From Andalucia godoyi And28 (lineage: Eukaryota; Protista; Jakobida), in contig VRVR01000003.1 in NCBI GenBank assembly GCA_009859145.1, forward strand, positions 319,315 through 383,314: a DNA stretch of 64,000 bases. The letters are read 5' to 3'. The notes under the pieces are model-generated. The model did not search any database and was not told the DNA's origin. It saw only the letters and a program-made list of their open reading frames with translations. Of the stretch, positions 33,802-43,078 are shown in pieces. The position numbers and the translations under genes are program-made. How positions within the stretch are numbered: the stretch's first letter is position 1; the number at the start of each line of letters is the position of its first letter.

Positions 33802-35622
33802 ATGCGATGGTATCTGCTTGAAAGTGCATCATGGACGAAAGTAGTTGATCCACAACTGGCAAGCCAGCACGCTGTGTGCCCGGCGCTTCTTACGCTCTCT
33901 GAGTCCTTGGACAGTGGCCTTCCGTTCGACCGTGCAATGATTCCCTTTCTCAATGATTCTGCAGGACGACAGCCTGTCGTCTTTACTTCGGTTCAATGTC
34001 TATCCAGCAGCACGCGCTGGAAAGGCACCGATATGAACGTCTTTGCAGAAACGTGCGCACGCTGGCTTGGAATTCCTGCAGTGAACCACGATTGGACGTT
34101 TTGTTTTGTGCGTCGTGACACGGTGCAGGGTACGTGCTCGATTCCTTCGGAACTGATTACAGGTCCTGATGCATACTCGCTTGAATCCTGGAGTCGCCAG
34201 TTTCCAGTCACGAAGACCTTGCAGTCCGTGTTTCAGTCCATCCAAATGTACATCACAACCTGTCTGCAGCATGTTTTGGCGATCTCCAATGTCCTGCAGC
34301 GCGAATTCAGAGTCAGCGTTGGTGATTTTGCAGAGTTGAAACTCGTTCGTCGAGCCTTCATTCACTCTTCTTGGGGAAATGTCTTTGAAGGAGGCGATGC
34401 AAACTATGAAAAGTTGGAATTTCTCGGAGATTCCGTTCTCCTGTTCTCCCTGGCACTGTTGCAAATCGAATCGTTTGCGCTGCACGGGGTAGATGTCGCG
34501 TGGCAGTACGTTCAAAATCTGTCACGGAACGATGTTCTCGCAGCTGCAGCCAGCCGATTAGGGTTTTCAAAACTCTTACTGCACGCTCTTCCCAAGGCCA
34601 AGCTGGACATGCAGCCTTCCAAGGTGCTTGCAGATACGTTTGAATCACTACTCGGCGCGCTGTTCCAGATCGTCGGTCTGAAGCAGTGCGTTGCAATCGT
34701 TCGTCAATGTATCTGGGACCACCGCGATTCGGCTTTCGGTCATATCGCTCCATGTAGGACGCTCGCTGCTGCTGCCTCAACTCCTCCTCTTCCTCTTCCT
34801 CTTCCTACTCCTCTTCCTCTTCCTACTCCTCTTCCTGCTGTTCCTGCTGTTCCTGCTGTTCCTGCTGTTCCTGCTGTTCCTGCTGTTCCTGCTGTTCCTG
34901 CTGTTCCTGCTGCTGCTGATTCTCTTCCTACTAGTACTACGACTTTGGAAATTGTTGGGGCAATTCCATCTTGTATTGCTCCGTGGAAAGCAGAAATGGA
35001 GTCCGCCATGCGGCCGGCAGATGCGTGTGTTCGGTGCTGGCTCAAGTTTTTGCGGATACCGATATTGGAGACGACCCGTCTTGAAGAGGCGATTCCCACG
35101 GGTATCTTACACTGGGATTTCCCGTGTGCATCGGAAATCCGACACGACTTTCGTGATCCATTTCGAAAGGACGCTCGGGTGCCCCGCAATCCGTTGGGTG
35201 CATTTCATCTGATGCGACTTGTCGGAAAGTGTTATCTGCGGTGCGGAGTCGCGTGGCACCTGTATTCAAAGCACTCCAAGCTTTCGGTTTCATCTTGGAC
35301 AGAGGCACTGCGGTTCTTTCAGCGTGAAGGGTTCCTAGTAGTGAGCGATTTTCTACCGTTGACACTCTCTTCTGGCGATTCCCCGCCTGCCGGATGGCAT
35401 GTCAGTCAGCAAACATTTGCGGCGTTCGAGTGTTTGCAGAGTCTTGTCGGCTGGACGTGCGCTTCTTCGTTGCAAGATATTCTGGAATCCGGGTGCCACG
35501 ACACTTTTAAAAGGGGATCCACGCTGTTCTCGCATCCTCTCCTGTACCCTGGAATCAACCCGTCTGCTTTGACCAAGAAGCGTATCGGCAATTCGGGGGT
35601 GTTTTTCACATATTCAACATGA
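33802..35622 (+). CDS. RNase III-domain protein (minimal Dicer/Drosha-like; one intact and one degenerate RNase III domain)
   Basis: AFIHSS, YEKLEFLGDSVL and KVLADTFESLLGA in domain 1. Degenerate second domain HLMRLVGKCYL..WHLYSKH..FECLQSLVG. Confidence 0.8.
   Translation: MRWYLLESASWTKVVDPQLASQHAVCPALLTLSESLDSGLPFDRAMIPFLNDSAGRQPVVFTSVQCLSSSTRWKGTDMNVFAETCARWLGIPAVNHDWTFCFVRRDTVQGTCSIPSELITGPDAYSLESWSRQFPVTKTLQSVFQSIQMYITTCLQHVLAISNVLQREFRVSVGDFAELKLVRRAFIHSSWGNVFEGGDANYEKLEFLGDSVLLFSLALLQIESFALHGVDVAWQYVQNLSRNDVLAAAASRLGFSKLLLHALPKAKLDMQPSKVLADTFESLLGALFQIVGLKQCVAIVRQCIWDHRDSAFGHIAPCRTLAAAASTPPLPLPLPTPLPLPTPLPAVPAVPAVPAVPAVPAVPAVPAVPAAADSLPTSTTTLEIVGAIPSCIAPWKAEMESAMRPADACVRCWLKFLRIPILETTRLEEAIPTGILHWDFPCASEIRHDFRDPFRKDARVPRNPLGAFHLMRLVGKCYLRCGVAWHLYSKHSKLSVSSWTEALRFFQREGFLVVSDFLPLTLSSGDSPPAGWHVSQQTFAAFECLQSLVGWTCASSLQDILESGCHDTFKRGSTLFSHPLLYPGINPSALTKKRIGNSGVFFTYST
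34834..34905 (+). repeat. (CCTGCTGTT)8 coding minisatellite encoding (PAV)8
   Basis: Perfect 9-nt tandem repeat in the linker between the two RNase III domains, preceded by PLP/PTP repeats. Confidence 0.93.
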
Positions 35623-35704
35623 TGCGCTGCACACCGCCCTTCGTGTCTTGACGGACATCATCCCCCCTCCCTCCCTGGGTGCGGTTTCTTGATATGTTTT
35701 TATT

Positions 35705-37153
35705 TCATCTTTTGCTCTTCTTTGGTTGGTGTGCCCTTCGTTCGTCGTCCGTCTTCTTTGCAGGTGTCTCAGAACGCTCGGGTCTTTTGCGCGAAGCGTC
35801 ATACTTTGGCTTTCCTCCCTTACCCTTTTGACCGAATGAATTGGAGCGTTCCTTGGAGAGCGTTTCCTCCAAGCGGATGTCGTCTTCTACATCTTTCTTG
35901 AAATCTTTTGGAACCGGTGCAGCAAGAGCAACTGCCTTTGCCTTCTTTCGGGCAACCTTGTCCTTCCGCTTGACCGCCTCTTCTGTCTGGATCACGATCG
36001 TTTGCTTGGGAGGCAGTTCGGAGAACGATTTGGGGTTGAACGCACATCCATCCTCGTTGCTGCTTTTCTTCATGTTTCTAAATGTCTTGATGATCTCGCG
36101 TCGGATCTCAGCCTTTTCTTCCTTTAACTCTTTCTCTTTCTGGATTTCTCGTTCCACCTGTTCAGGAGTCTTTTCGACATCTCCTGCAGCCATCGCGGTG
36201 ATTCTTCCAGAAATGGCATACGATGCAACAGGTGCGATTGACGAAGTTGTAAAATCCCCATCTTCAAACTCCTCCACCGGAAACGGATACGCCAGCACTG
36301 TTCCATCCGAGCATCCGCACACCAGCACGTGATTGTCATGCACCAATCCGATTCCTTTGATTCGTGCCGGGGCATCCGTGAATCTGACCAAAGGTTCCAC
36401 GTCGGTCGATTCGTCCTTCACAAGTTTTGCAATGTCAAATAGCATGATTCCGCTTCTTTCCGTGCCGATCAGAACCAGCGTTCCAGAAACCGGGTATACA
36501 CACGTGACCTTGTGGCGAACATCGACGATATTCTTTTCTTGAGCGTTCATCACGTCAAACACATGAATTACGGAGAACTGCACCGTCAGCAAAAAGTTTC
36601 CGTCCTTGGTGAACAAGAAGGCATCGCATCCCTGAACCGGAGAAAAGTGTTTTCGGTCCAAGGTGATACCAGACACCGCTTTCATATGCTGTGTTTCCCA
36701 TAATTTCAGAGTCCAATCGCTTCCTAGTGTGAAAACTGCCTTCCCGGAAGGATGTGCAGCATGCGCAAACAGCCCCTTTCGATCCGCCATCTTGTCCAAC
36801 AACACATCAAAGTTCCGCGTGCTCCAAATGCACAGTTTCCCGCTTGTTGAGCTCGTAACAAAATGCTGAGGATCGGCAAACGACACGTTCACTACAGATC
36901 CAGACTGGTGAATCGTCATTCCTTCATCCACCATCTTCCTCAAGTCGAAAAACGCAAGTTTTTCGTCTCCACTTGACGAGACAAGGTACCGGTCACCCAT
37001 GCTTACGTGTTGAACAGGCATATTCAACAATGACGATGAAAACGAAGGTTTAAACACAATCGGACTCTCAGACTCGGGATCTTCGTCCACTGCAATCTGA
37101 ATTCCATAAAGCCGACCGGAGTAGCTTCCACACACGCAATACGACGACTTCAT
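35705..37153 (-). CDS. PAK1IP1: PAK1IP1/Mak11-like WD40 60S biogenesis factor
   Basis: VCGSYSGRLYG start, LVSSSGDEKLAFFDL, AHPSGKAVFT, ARIKGI and GRITAM; Lys-rich tail. Confidence 0.82.
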   Translation of the reverse strand: MKSSYCVCGSYSGRLYGIQIAVDEDPESESPIVFKPSFSSSLLNMPVQHVSMGDRYLVSSSGDEKLAFFDLRKMVDEGMTIHQSGSVVNVSFADPQHFVTSSTSGKLCIWSTRNFDVLLDKMADRKGLFAHAAHPSGKAVFTLGSDWTLKLWETQHMKAVSGITLDRKHFSPVQGCDAFLFTKDGNFLLTVQFSVIHVFDVMNAQEKNIVDVRHKVTCVYPVSGTLVLIGTERSGIMLFDIAKLVKDESTDVEPLVRFTDAPARIKGIGLVHDNHVLVCGCSDGTVLAYPFPVEEFEDGDFTTSSIAPVASYAISGRITAMAAGDVEKTPEQVEREIQKEKELKEEKAEIRREIIKTFRNMKKSSNEDGCAFNPKSFSELPPKQTIVIQTEEAVKRKDKVARKKAKAVALAAPVPKDFKKDVEDDIRLEETLSKERSNSFGQKGKGGKPKYDASRKRPERSETPAKKTDDERRAHQPKKSKR

Positions 37154-37496
37154 CCTTCTTTCTTGTGGTTCCTTTGTTTTCCTCCTTTGTTTTCCTCCAA
37201 ATCTGTGCAAACCTCTCCCCCGAAAAAAAACAAAATAAATTAAATTAAGCAAGAAACAAAAGAAGAAGAAGAAAAGAAATGGAAAAGAAAAACTGAATCG
37301 AAAAAAACCTCGAATTTCGGTGTTGTTTGAAGAGCGAAAAACGACTGTCCCAGCTTGAAAACTTACTGTAGATCAGCTCTCTACAGCAGGATGATGGTTG
37401 TCGACTGGCCTCTCAACGAAGGATTTCGTGCCTTTTCTTCTCCATATCTGCATTTTCCATTGCTTCATTGTTGCATTATGCGTGCATTGTACAATA

Positions 37497-37600
37497 AGCA
37501 TGTGCGAAATCATTGCTGGCCATACCTATTCGGTCTTGCATCGAAACTGAATGTGAACTCAATTCAGAATGGGGGTAGGCCTCAGTACTGCGAATCGTTT
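37497..37600 (-). ncRNA. Putative omegaRNA scaffold of the remnant at 37.5-37.9 kb
   Basis: GGCCUACC/GGUAUGGCC stem (37574-37581 with 37518-37526), CUGAAU..AUUCAG hairpin (37547-37567), and the motif CAATGATTTCGCAC. It overlaps the ORF 3' end. Confidence 0.62.
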
Positions 37601-37900
37601 TTCTAATAGATACCTGTTGTGCACACCATTCCGACCTCTCGATCCAAACGATGCCGGACATGACAGGCAGCGGAACACTTTATTTTCGCCGAGCCTCGCA
37701 TGAATGCCGCCACAAAGTCCACATATCTTGGAGGTGGACTCCTCTCTCTGCGCCTTTGGCGAACGAAACCTCGCTTCGAATTTGTGGTTTGGAATTTGGA
37801 TCCTTGTCCTTCTTTGCCAGGTTCGACTCGTACGCTTTCGATAAACCGCGAATACCGTCATTGGGCACGTCGTAGAGCACACGTCTTTCAGCCACGGGGG
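37497..37900 (-). mobile_element. Internally deleted Fanzor2/IS607-TnpB-like remnant
   Basis: PWLKDV/(L)YDVPNDGIRGLSKAYESNLAKK/PNHKFEARFRSPK (N-terminal region) is fused directly to EESTSKICGLCGGIHARLGENKVFRCLSC..SRGRNGVHN (Zn finger and RuvC-III, with DRD degraded to SRG). Confidence 0.88.
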
Positions 37901-38250
37901 TTGGGCTGGGTTGGGTTGGCTTTTTTTTTCTTTTTCTTTTTCTTTATCACAACGTCGGAGTCGGCATTGAGCAAGAGTATACAGAGGGGATTTGAGGCGA
38001 GATCATTTTTGTTGGGTGAAATACAGAAAGAAGAAGAACGAATGACCGCCGCCTTTTTTTTTTTTGCGATTGCGATACTTTGACATTCTTCGTTTTTATC
38101 GAATTTAATGTTTAAATAGATTAAAAAAGAAAAAAAAAGAAAAGCAAAAGCAAAAGCAATTGGTCAAAGAAGCATTGTGCACTTAGAAGCGCAGCAATGG
38201 TTGGTGTCTTTTCGCTTGACACGGACGATAAGGAATGCTTGCAAAAAATG

Positions 38251-38491
38251 TAACCCTCCAACCCAAACGTCTGGTGGAGATGTCTGGTGAATACCATCGG
38301 ATAGTATGGCTGAAGGTGCGCAGGTCGACGCCCAGTGAGACGCTGTCGAATACTGACAACCCGATTCCTTGTTATCGATGATGGGCGCTGATGCTGATTG
38401 TAAACAGTCCCTTCACTCCAAATAGTCTGTTTGAGGCGCAGCATGCGAGACAAATGCTTGGGAGAGGTTTTAGGTTGGGGCGGAATACCTG
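38251..38491. repeat. Dispersed duplicated segment, copy 2 (truncated paralogue of the N-terminal part of the 0.4-1.9 kb NTPase pseudogene)
   Basis: Aligns to 1618-1843. Minus-strand frame reads AAPQTD..LQSASAPIIDNKESGCQYSTASHWAST..PSAILSD..WVGGL in both copies. Weaker similarity extends to about 38160. Confidence 0.9.
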
Positions 38492-38598
38492 ACAAGAACA
38501 GCCGGCGACACTATGAATTCGTCTGTCCTTGAATATTATTGAGTTTTTATGTGTACAAAGAAGGAGACACACACAGACGCACACAAGCACAGAACAGG

Positions 38599-40023
38599 AT
38601 GTCTTCGTCGATGGTGAATCGAGAGTTGTTTAGGACTACGATTTGCGTGTCTGCAATTCGCACACCTGCTTCTGTGTGCAACGAGGTTGTAAAGTCTCTT
38701 CGCGGAAGTCTGATTCGCCGAAAGCACATTCGAACAGTCCACGATGACATGCATGTATGTGCTTTTCCTCTTTCCTTTTTTCTGTGTCAATTCGACTGAG
38801 AAAGAACTGGTCACCGTGTGACTAATGCAAAGGGAGTCTTTTTGGACGACAAAATTTCATGGTTTTGGTTCTTTCTTTTAAATTTTAATCTCGCTTTTTT
38901 ATTTGGTTTTTTTATTTTATGTTTTATTTGGAGGCTGACGAATTAGGATGCATCAAAGAAAGTGATACTCTTGTCGGAAACTGTGAGTGATGCTGCATCG
39001 ATTCCTGCTGCTGCACAGACGTTGATTGCGCAGCATTCGCTGGAGATAGTACCAAGGTATGAAGTCCAGCTTTCGTATGAGAACTTTTCGACAGAAGAGG
39101 TGCTGAGGAAATTGTTGCCAGCTGGTTCCGACCATCCGTCGAGCTTTGAAATCGTAGGGCACATTGCGCATCTTAATCTTCGCGAGCACTTTTATCCGTT
39201 TCAGAACATCATTGGTCAGGTTTTGCTTGATAAGAACCCGTCGCTGCGAACGGTGGTGAACAAACTCGGAACGATTGACACGCAGTTCCGAGAATTCAAG
39301 ATGGATGTCATTGCTGGTGACGACGACTTTCTTGTCAAGGACCACCACGAGCAAGGGTGTTCCTTCTCGTTTGACTATTCCAAGGTGTACTGGAATTCGC
39401 GACTTTCGATGGAGCACGAGCGACTTGTATCGATGGTCCCCGTCAAGGCAGTCGTTTGTGACATGTTTGCCGGTGTTGGGCCGTTTGCGATTCCAGCAGC
39501 TCGCAACCGATCCTGCACAGTCTACGCAAACGACTTGAACCCGAATTCATATGAATGGCTCAAAGAAAATGCACGGAAAAACAAGATTGAGACGCTTGTC
39601 AAGTGCTTCAATTTGGACGCACGAGAGTTTGCAAAGCACGTGTTTGCAGAGAGGAGGATTGATGCGGACCATGTCATCATGAATCTCCCTGCCTCGTCAG
39701 TCGAGTTTCTGGATGTGTTCAGAGGACTCTTTGCACCAACCAAGCAAAAGCTGCCGGTGATCCACTGTTATACTTTTGCGAGGGGCGAGAATCCAGAGAG
39801 CGAGGCGGTCAAGAATGTGGAGACCCTCATGGGATTCCCAAACATTCCAAACATGCAAACACACAACGTCCGCGATGTTGCTCCCAACAAGCACATGATC
39901 TGCGTATCGTTTCCGCTTCCCAAAGAATACGCCTGCGCCCATTCATCGCCCTCTAATGCTCCTCTAGACTCGGAGTCCACGGCCGTCCAAGAGCCATCTT
40001 CCAAACGCCCTCGATCGGACTGA
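38599..40023 (+). CDS. TRM5: tRNA (guanine37-N1)-methyltransferase Trm5, 2 exons
   Basis: Exon 38599-38754, intron 38755-38946 (gtatgt..ctgac..ttag), exon 38947-40023. Motifs SFEIVGHIAHLNL, FDYSKVYWNSRL, DMFAGVGPFA, NDLNP and MNLP. Confidence 0.92.
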
Positions 40024-40225
40024 CACCGCCTTGCCGTACTGTCCGTCACTCGTCACTAGTCTGAGGCTTTGGGTATAATTAAATAAATAATAAACGAAGC
40101 GAAAAGAACAGAAAAGAAGAAAAGGATTGGTTCAAACGCCAGCTAGCCTGCTTTTCAATTTCTGCTACTCTTTAAATTAGCCAAATATCGAGAGACGCCT
40201 GAAAGTTGCACAACCGGCCCGCACG

Positions 40226-40735
40226 TCAATAGTTCTTCTTTTTCTTCACGGCCGAAACTGGTGCATGTTTGCTGGAATGCTGCTTTCTTTCGACAGCGGA
40301 CTTACTGGCGACCGGTCCACTCTTGACGACGCGCTTGTTATTCTTGGCATCTGGCTTTGCACGCTGCACAAGTCTTGCTGATGCGTGACCATTCGACGCA
40401 CTAATGCTCGTGTTCACAGCGGTACTGGCAGTGTTTGACGCAGCAGCATTCGACAGAGGCGAATCGGAATCATCTTCTTTCAAAGCCAACCGAATATAAA
40501 AACCCATGACGACAAAAGAAACGAGCATTGCAACGATTATCGATGGGGCATCTGCTTGCCCGTGAACTTGGTACTCATCGAAATGATCAGGAAGAATAAA
40601 ATACGGATAAATGACTTCGCGAACAAGGAAAAACACTGCAAATGGAGCAATCCACAGCAACGCAGAGTACAAAACAAACGACTTCACCACCTTTTGGTTT
40701 TGCGGAACAGATAGCACTTCAGCGAAACGCCCCAT
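40226..40735 (-). CDS. VMA21: V-ATPase assembly factor VMA21-like
   Basis: Two TM helices (SFVLYSALLWIAPFAVFF; SIIVAMLVSFVVMGFYIRLA-LKED) and a C-terminal di-lysine-like KKKKNY. Confidence 0.72.
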   Translation of the reverse strand: MGRFAEVLSVPQNQKVVKSFVLYSALLWIAPFAVFFLVREVIYPYFILPDHFDEYQVHGQADAPSIIVAMLVSFVVMGFYIRLALKEDDSDSPLSNAAASNTASTAVNTSISASNGHASARLVQRAKPDAKNNKRVVKSGPVASKSAVERKQHSSKHAPVSAVKKKKNY

Positions 40736-40800
40736 TTTTTCTGGATGCTCCTCCTTCCAATGGCTTTCTTAAATCAGCACAAAGAAAGAAGAAAAGAAAA

Positions 40801-41293
40801 TTGAAAAGCTGGAGCATGAGCAAAGAAGCCCAAAGACTTGGAACGTATCAAGGAGCCTCGAGTGTGCAGGAGACACTCAGTAAAGCAGCGATGACACTGC
40901 AGAGTGGAGTTCGCAATTCGATGCTCACAGACAACTATCAATACTCCTCGATGGGCGCCGACGGCAGCATACGGGGCATCTACTTGGTTCAACGCCTACA
41001 CTATACACTGAACATCCGTATCTACGAATAGATATCCATATTCAATCCTGCATCCCGTTGCCGCGAAGGGGATCGGCTCCCAACACGCCTCACGGCGTTC
41101 TTCAGATGAATGTTCCGCGCTCCGCTCCCAGTCTCGATCAATCTGTGAGCCACTTTCTCAGCGCGACACGTTGTTCCTGCGAAGGGTGCATTTTTTTGAT
41201 TCTGACGGCCCTAGCAGCAGGCGTAGTGACACGTGATCTCTTAGGAGGTCTGCGGGACCTAGGAGGCCCTGCATCGATCGGCGTAGGCGTCAT
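40801..41293 (-). mobile_element. MITE-like Fanzor2/IS607-TnpB derivative with almost the whole nuclease ORF deleted
   Basis: ATG at 41293 opens MTPTPIDAGPPRSRRPPKRSRVTTPAARAVRIKKMHPSQEQRVALRKWL (TnpB N-terminal K-I-R-x-Y-P-x-x-E-Q..L..W motif). This joins at about 41145 to QIDRDW/SGARNIHLKN (RuvC-III). The right end at ttttcaa (40801) is tentative. Confidence 0.85.
40909..41085 (-). ncRNA. Putative omegaRNA scaffold of the element at 40.8-41.3 kb
   Basis: ttgggagccgatcccc motif, AUCCC/GGGAU stem, long hairpin UGAAUAU-GGA-UAUCUA-UUCG-UAGAUA-CGG-AUGUUCA (41044-41009), and the motif CATCGAATTGCGAAC. Confidence 0.65.
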
Positions 41294-42292
41294 CCCAGCG
41301 CGCTCACGCCCATATTTGAATTAATAAAGTGAAACCAACGAATGATAGAACAGATGGCTACGGATGCTGCGTTAAAGAGTGTCGAAAATGCAGAGCCTGT
41401 GTCACCGGCTGAATTTTGGCCGAGCGTGCGTAAGCACGAATTCCTGTGAAGCAAACGTGCTAGTGTCGGCCAGTATCGACCGTGTCTGTTTATGTATACT
41501 TCCGTATGCATGACAATGACGAGTTATTAGTATTCAACAGCGATGCATGCTGGTTTCGGAAGATCCGTCGCTCGTGAGCGTGTCACCAAAAACGAAAACC
41601 GCAGCGACCTCTCGCCAACAGCAATGGAAAACAACAACGACAAAAACCGCGATGCATGTCTCGCATGTTCAAAACAGAAAAAGTCGGTTGGCGAGCGTGT
41701 CGGCAGTGCAAATGGCGGAGAAGCCTTTGTTGGTAACCTGGTGTTTCTGCGGATCATCTGGTTTCTTCCAAACAGGCAATGAGCGTCACCAGTAAAGGAA
41801 ACGGCTCTGCAAAGATCGCAGCTGTTTAGGAAACTGCACGTGGTGCAATCTTCCGGACCGATTTGATGAGTTTGCTGGGATGCGACTCTACAAGTCGTTC
41901 TTGTTATTCCTGTTCAATGCGGTGTGCTGCGCACCGTCGCATCTTTTGAGTTCGCGATTGCTGACAGTTCGCCGACAGGATTCAAAGCCCGATCTGTTGT
42001 CCGCCCGATCTGCTGCGACGTGATCACTCCATGCATGTCGTCCATTTGCCGGACTGTCGCATTCCAACACATTTCGCAGGTTGTCGCTGTCAGAATTGCT
42101 ACAAAAAAATGCGCCGCAAAATGCCGCACGAAGAGCGTTCCCGCATCCAAAGCTCGCACTTTCCCACATTATGGCATTCCTCCAAACTCTATTCCCCAAA
42201 GAAAGTGCACTCACAACAAGGTTACTCATCTTTTTTCTGTTGTCGTTCTTCCCGCCGCTGCATTTTTTGTTCAAGCCTGGCTTTGCAAACAA

Positions 42293-42874
42293 ATGGGAAA
42301 CTGTCACGCTTCTTCGTATTGCGGAAACACGCCGAGTCCAACGTACGACGAACTCATTTTGCTAGCGCGCATACAGCAGCAGCAGATAAACCGAGGGCGC
42401 GTATCTCCAGTATCCTCAACGGCAACTTCCAAGAGGGCGTCATCAGAACCCATTTTGAACCGGCAGCCCGACGAGACGCTGGTGGAAAAGTCGCGGAGCA
42501 TGCCGAGCATGTTACCCGCACGCGATTCAGAAGCCTCTAAAACAAAAGCGTATGTCGCCGAGCGATGTCTGCAGGGAGCCTGCGCACAACCAGCCTCGCC
42601 ACCGCGGCTGCTTTCAATTACATGCTCCCCCATTCACAGCCGGTCCGACGATCTAGATGATGTCATCGAGGAAGCAGTGTTTTCCAGTTGTGGGTCACCT
42701 GTGCAACACGGGTTCATGAACATTCCAGGGTGCACATCGCCGGATGACCGCTGCGAAGAGGCAACAGATTGCAGCACGGATTCGTTTGTCTCGGACGTGT
42801 CCGTCTCGCTGAAGCGTTGCAGAAGAGTTCGGTTCTCCGACAGCGAGATGTCGGTGGCCACAATTGCATACTGA
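42293..42874 (+). CDS. Hypothetical protein with a possible N-myristoylation start (MGNC)
   Basis: In-frame ATG within ORF 41924-42874; low-complexity sequence ending RRVRFSD, an RVxF PP1-docking-like motif. Confidence 0.5.
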   Translation: MGNCHASSYCGNTPSPTYDELILLARIQQQQINRGRVSPVSSTATSKRASSEPILNRQPDETLVEKSRSMPSMLPARDSEASKTKAYVAERCLQGACAQPASPPRLLSITCSPIHSRSDDLDDVIEEAVFSSCGSPVQHGFMNIPGCTSPDDRCEEATDCSTDSFVSDVSVSLKRCRRVRFSDSEMSVATIAY

Positions 42875-43078
42875 AAGTGCCTCAATCGCTTTTCCCCCTC
42901 ACCCCCGAGCAGAAGAGATCTTCAACGTTATCTCTCTCTCTCTCTCTCTCCCCTAACACCCACCCACCCACACACACATATATATATATATATATAGATA
43001 CACATATTCATGCGTATCAGCATCAGCAATAGGAATACATAAAAACCCCACTTTTCCTCTTCCCTCACCATCCTCTGC

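Noticed and set aside
38536-38814. Minus-strand ORFs upstream of repeat copy 2
   Set aside because: They are antisense to TRM5 exon 1 and its intron.
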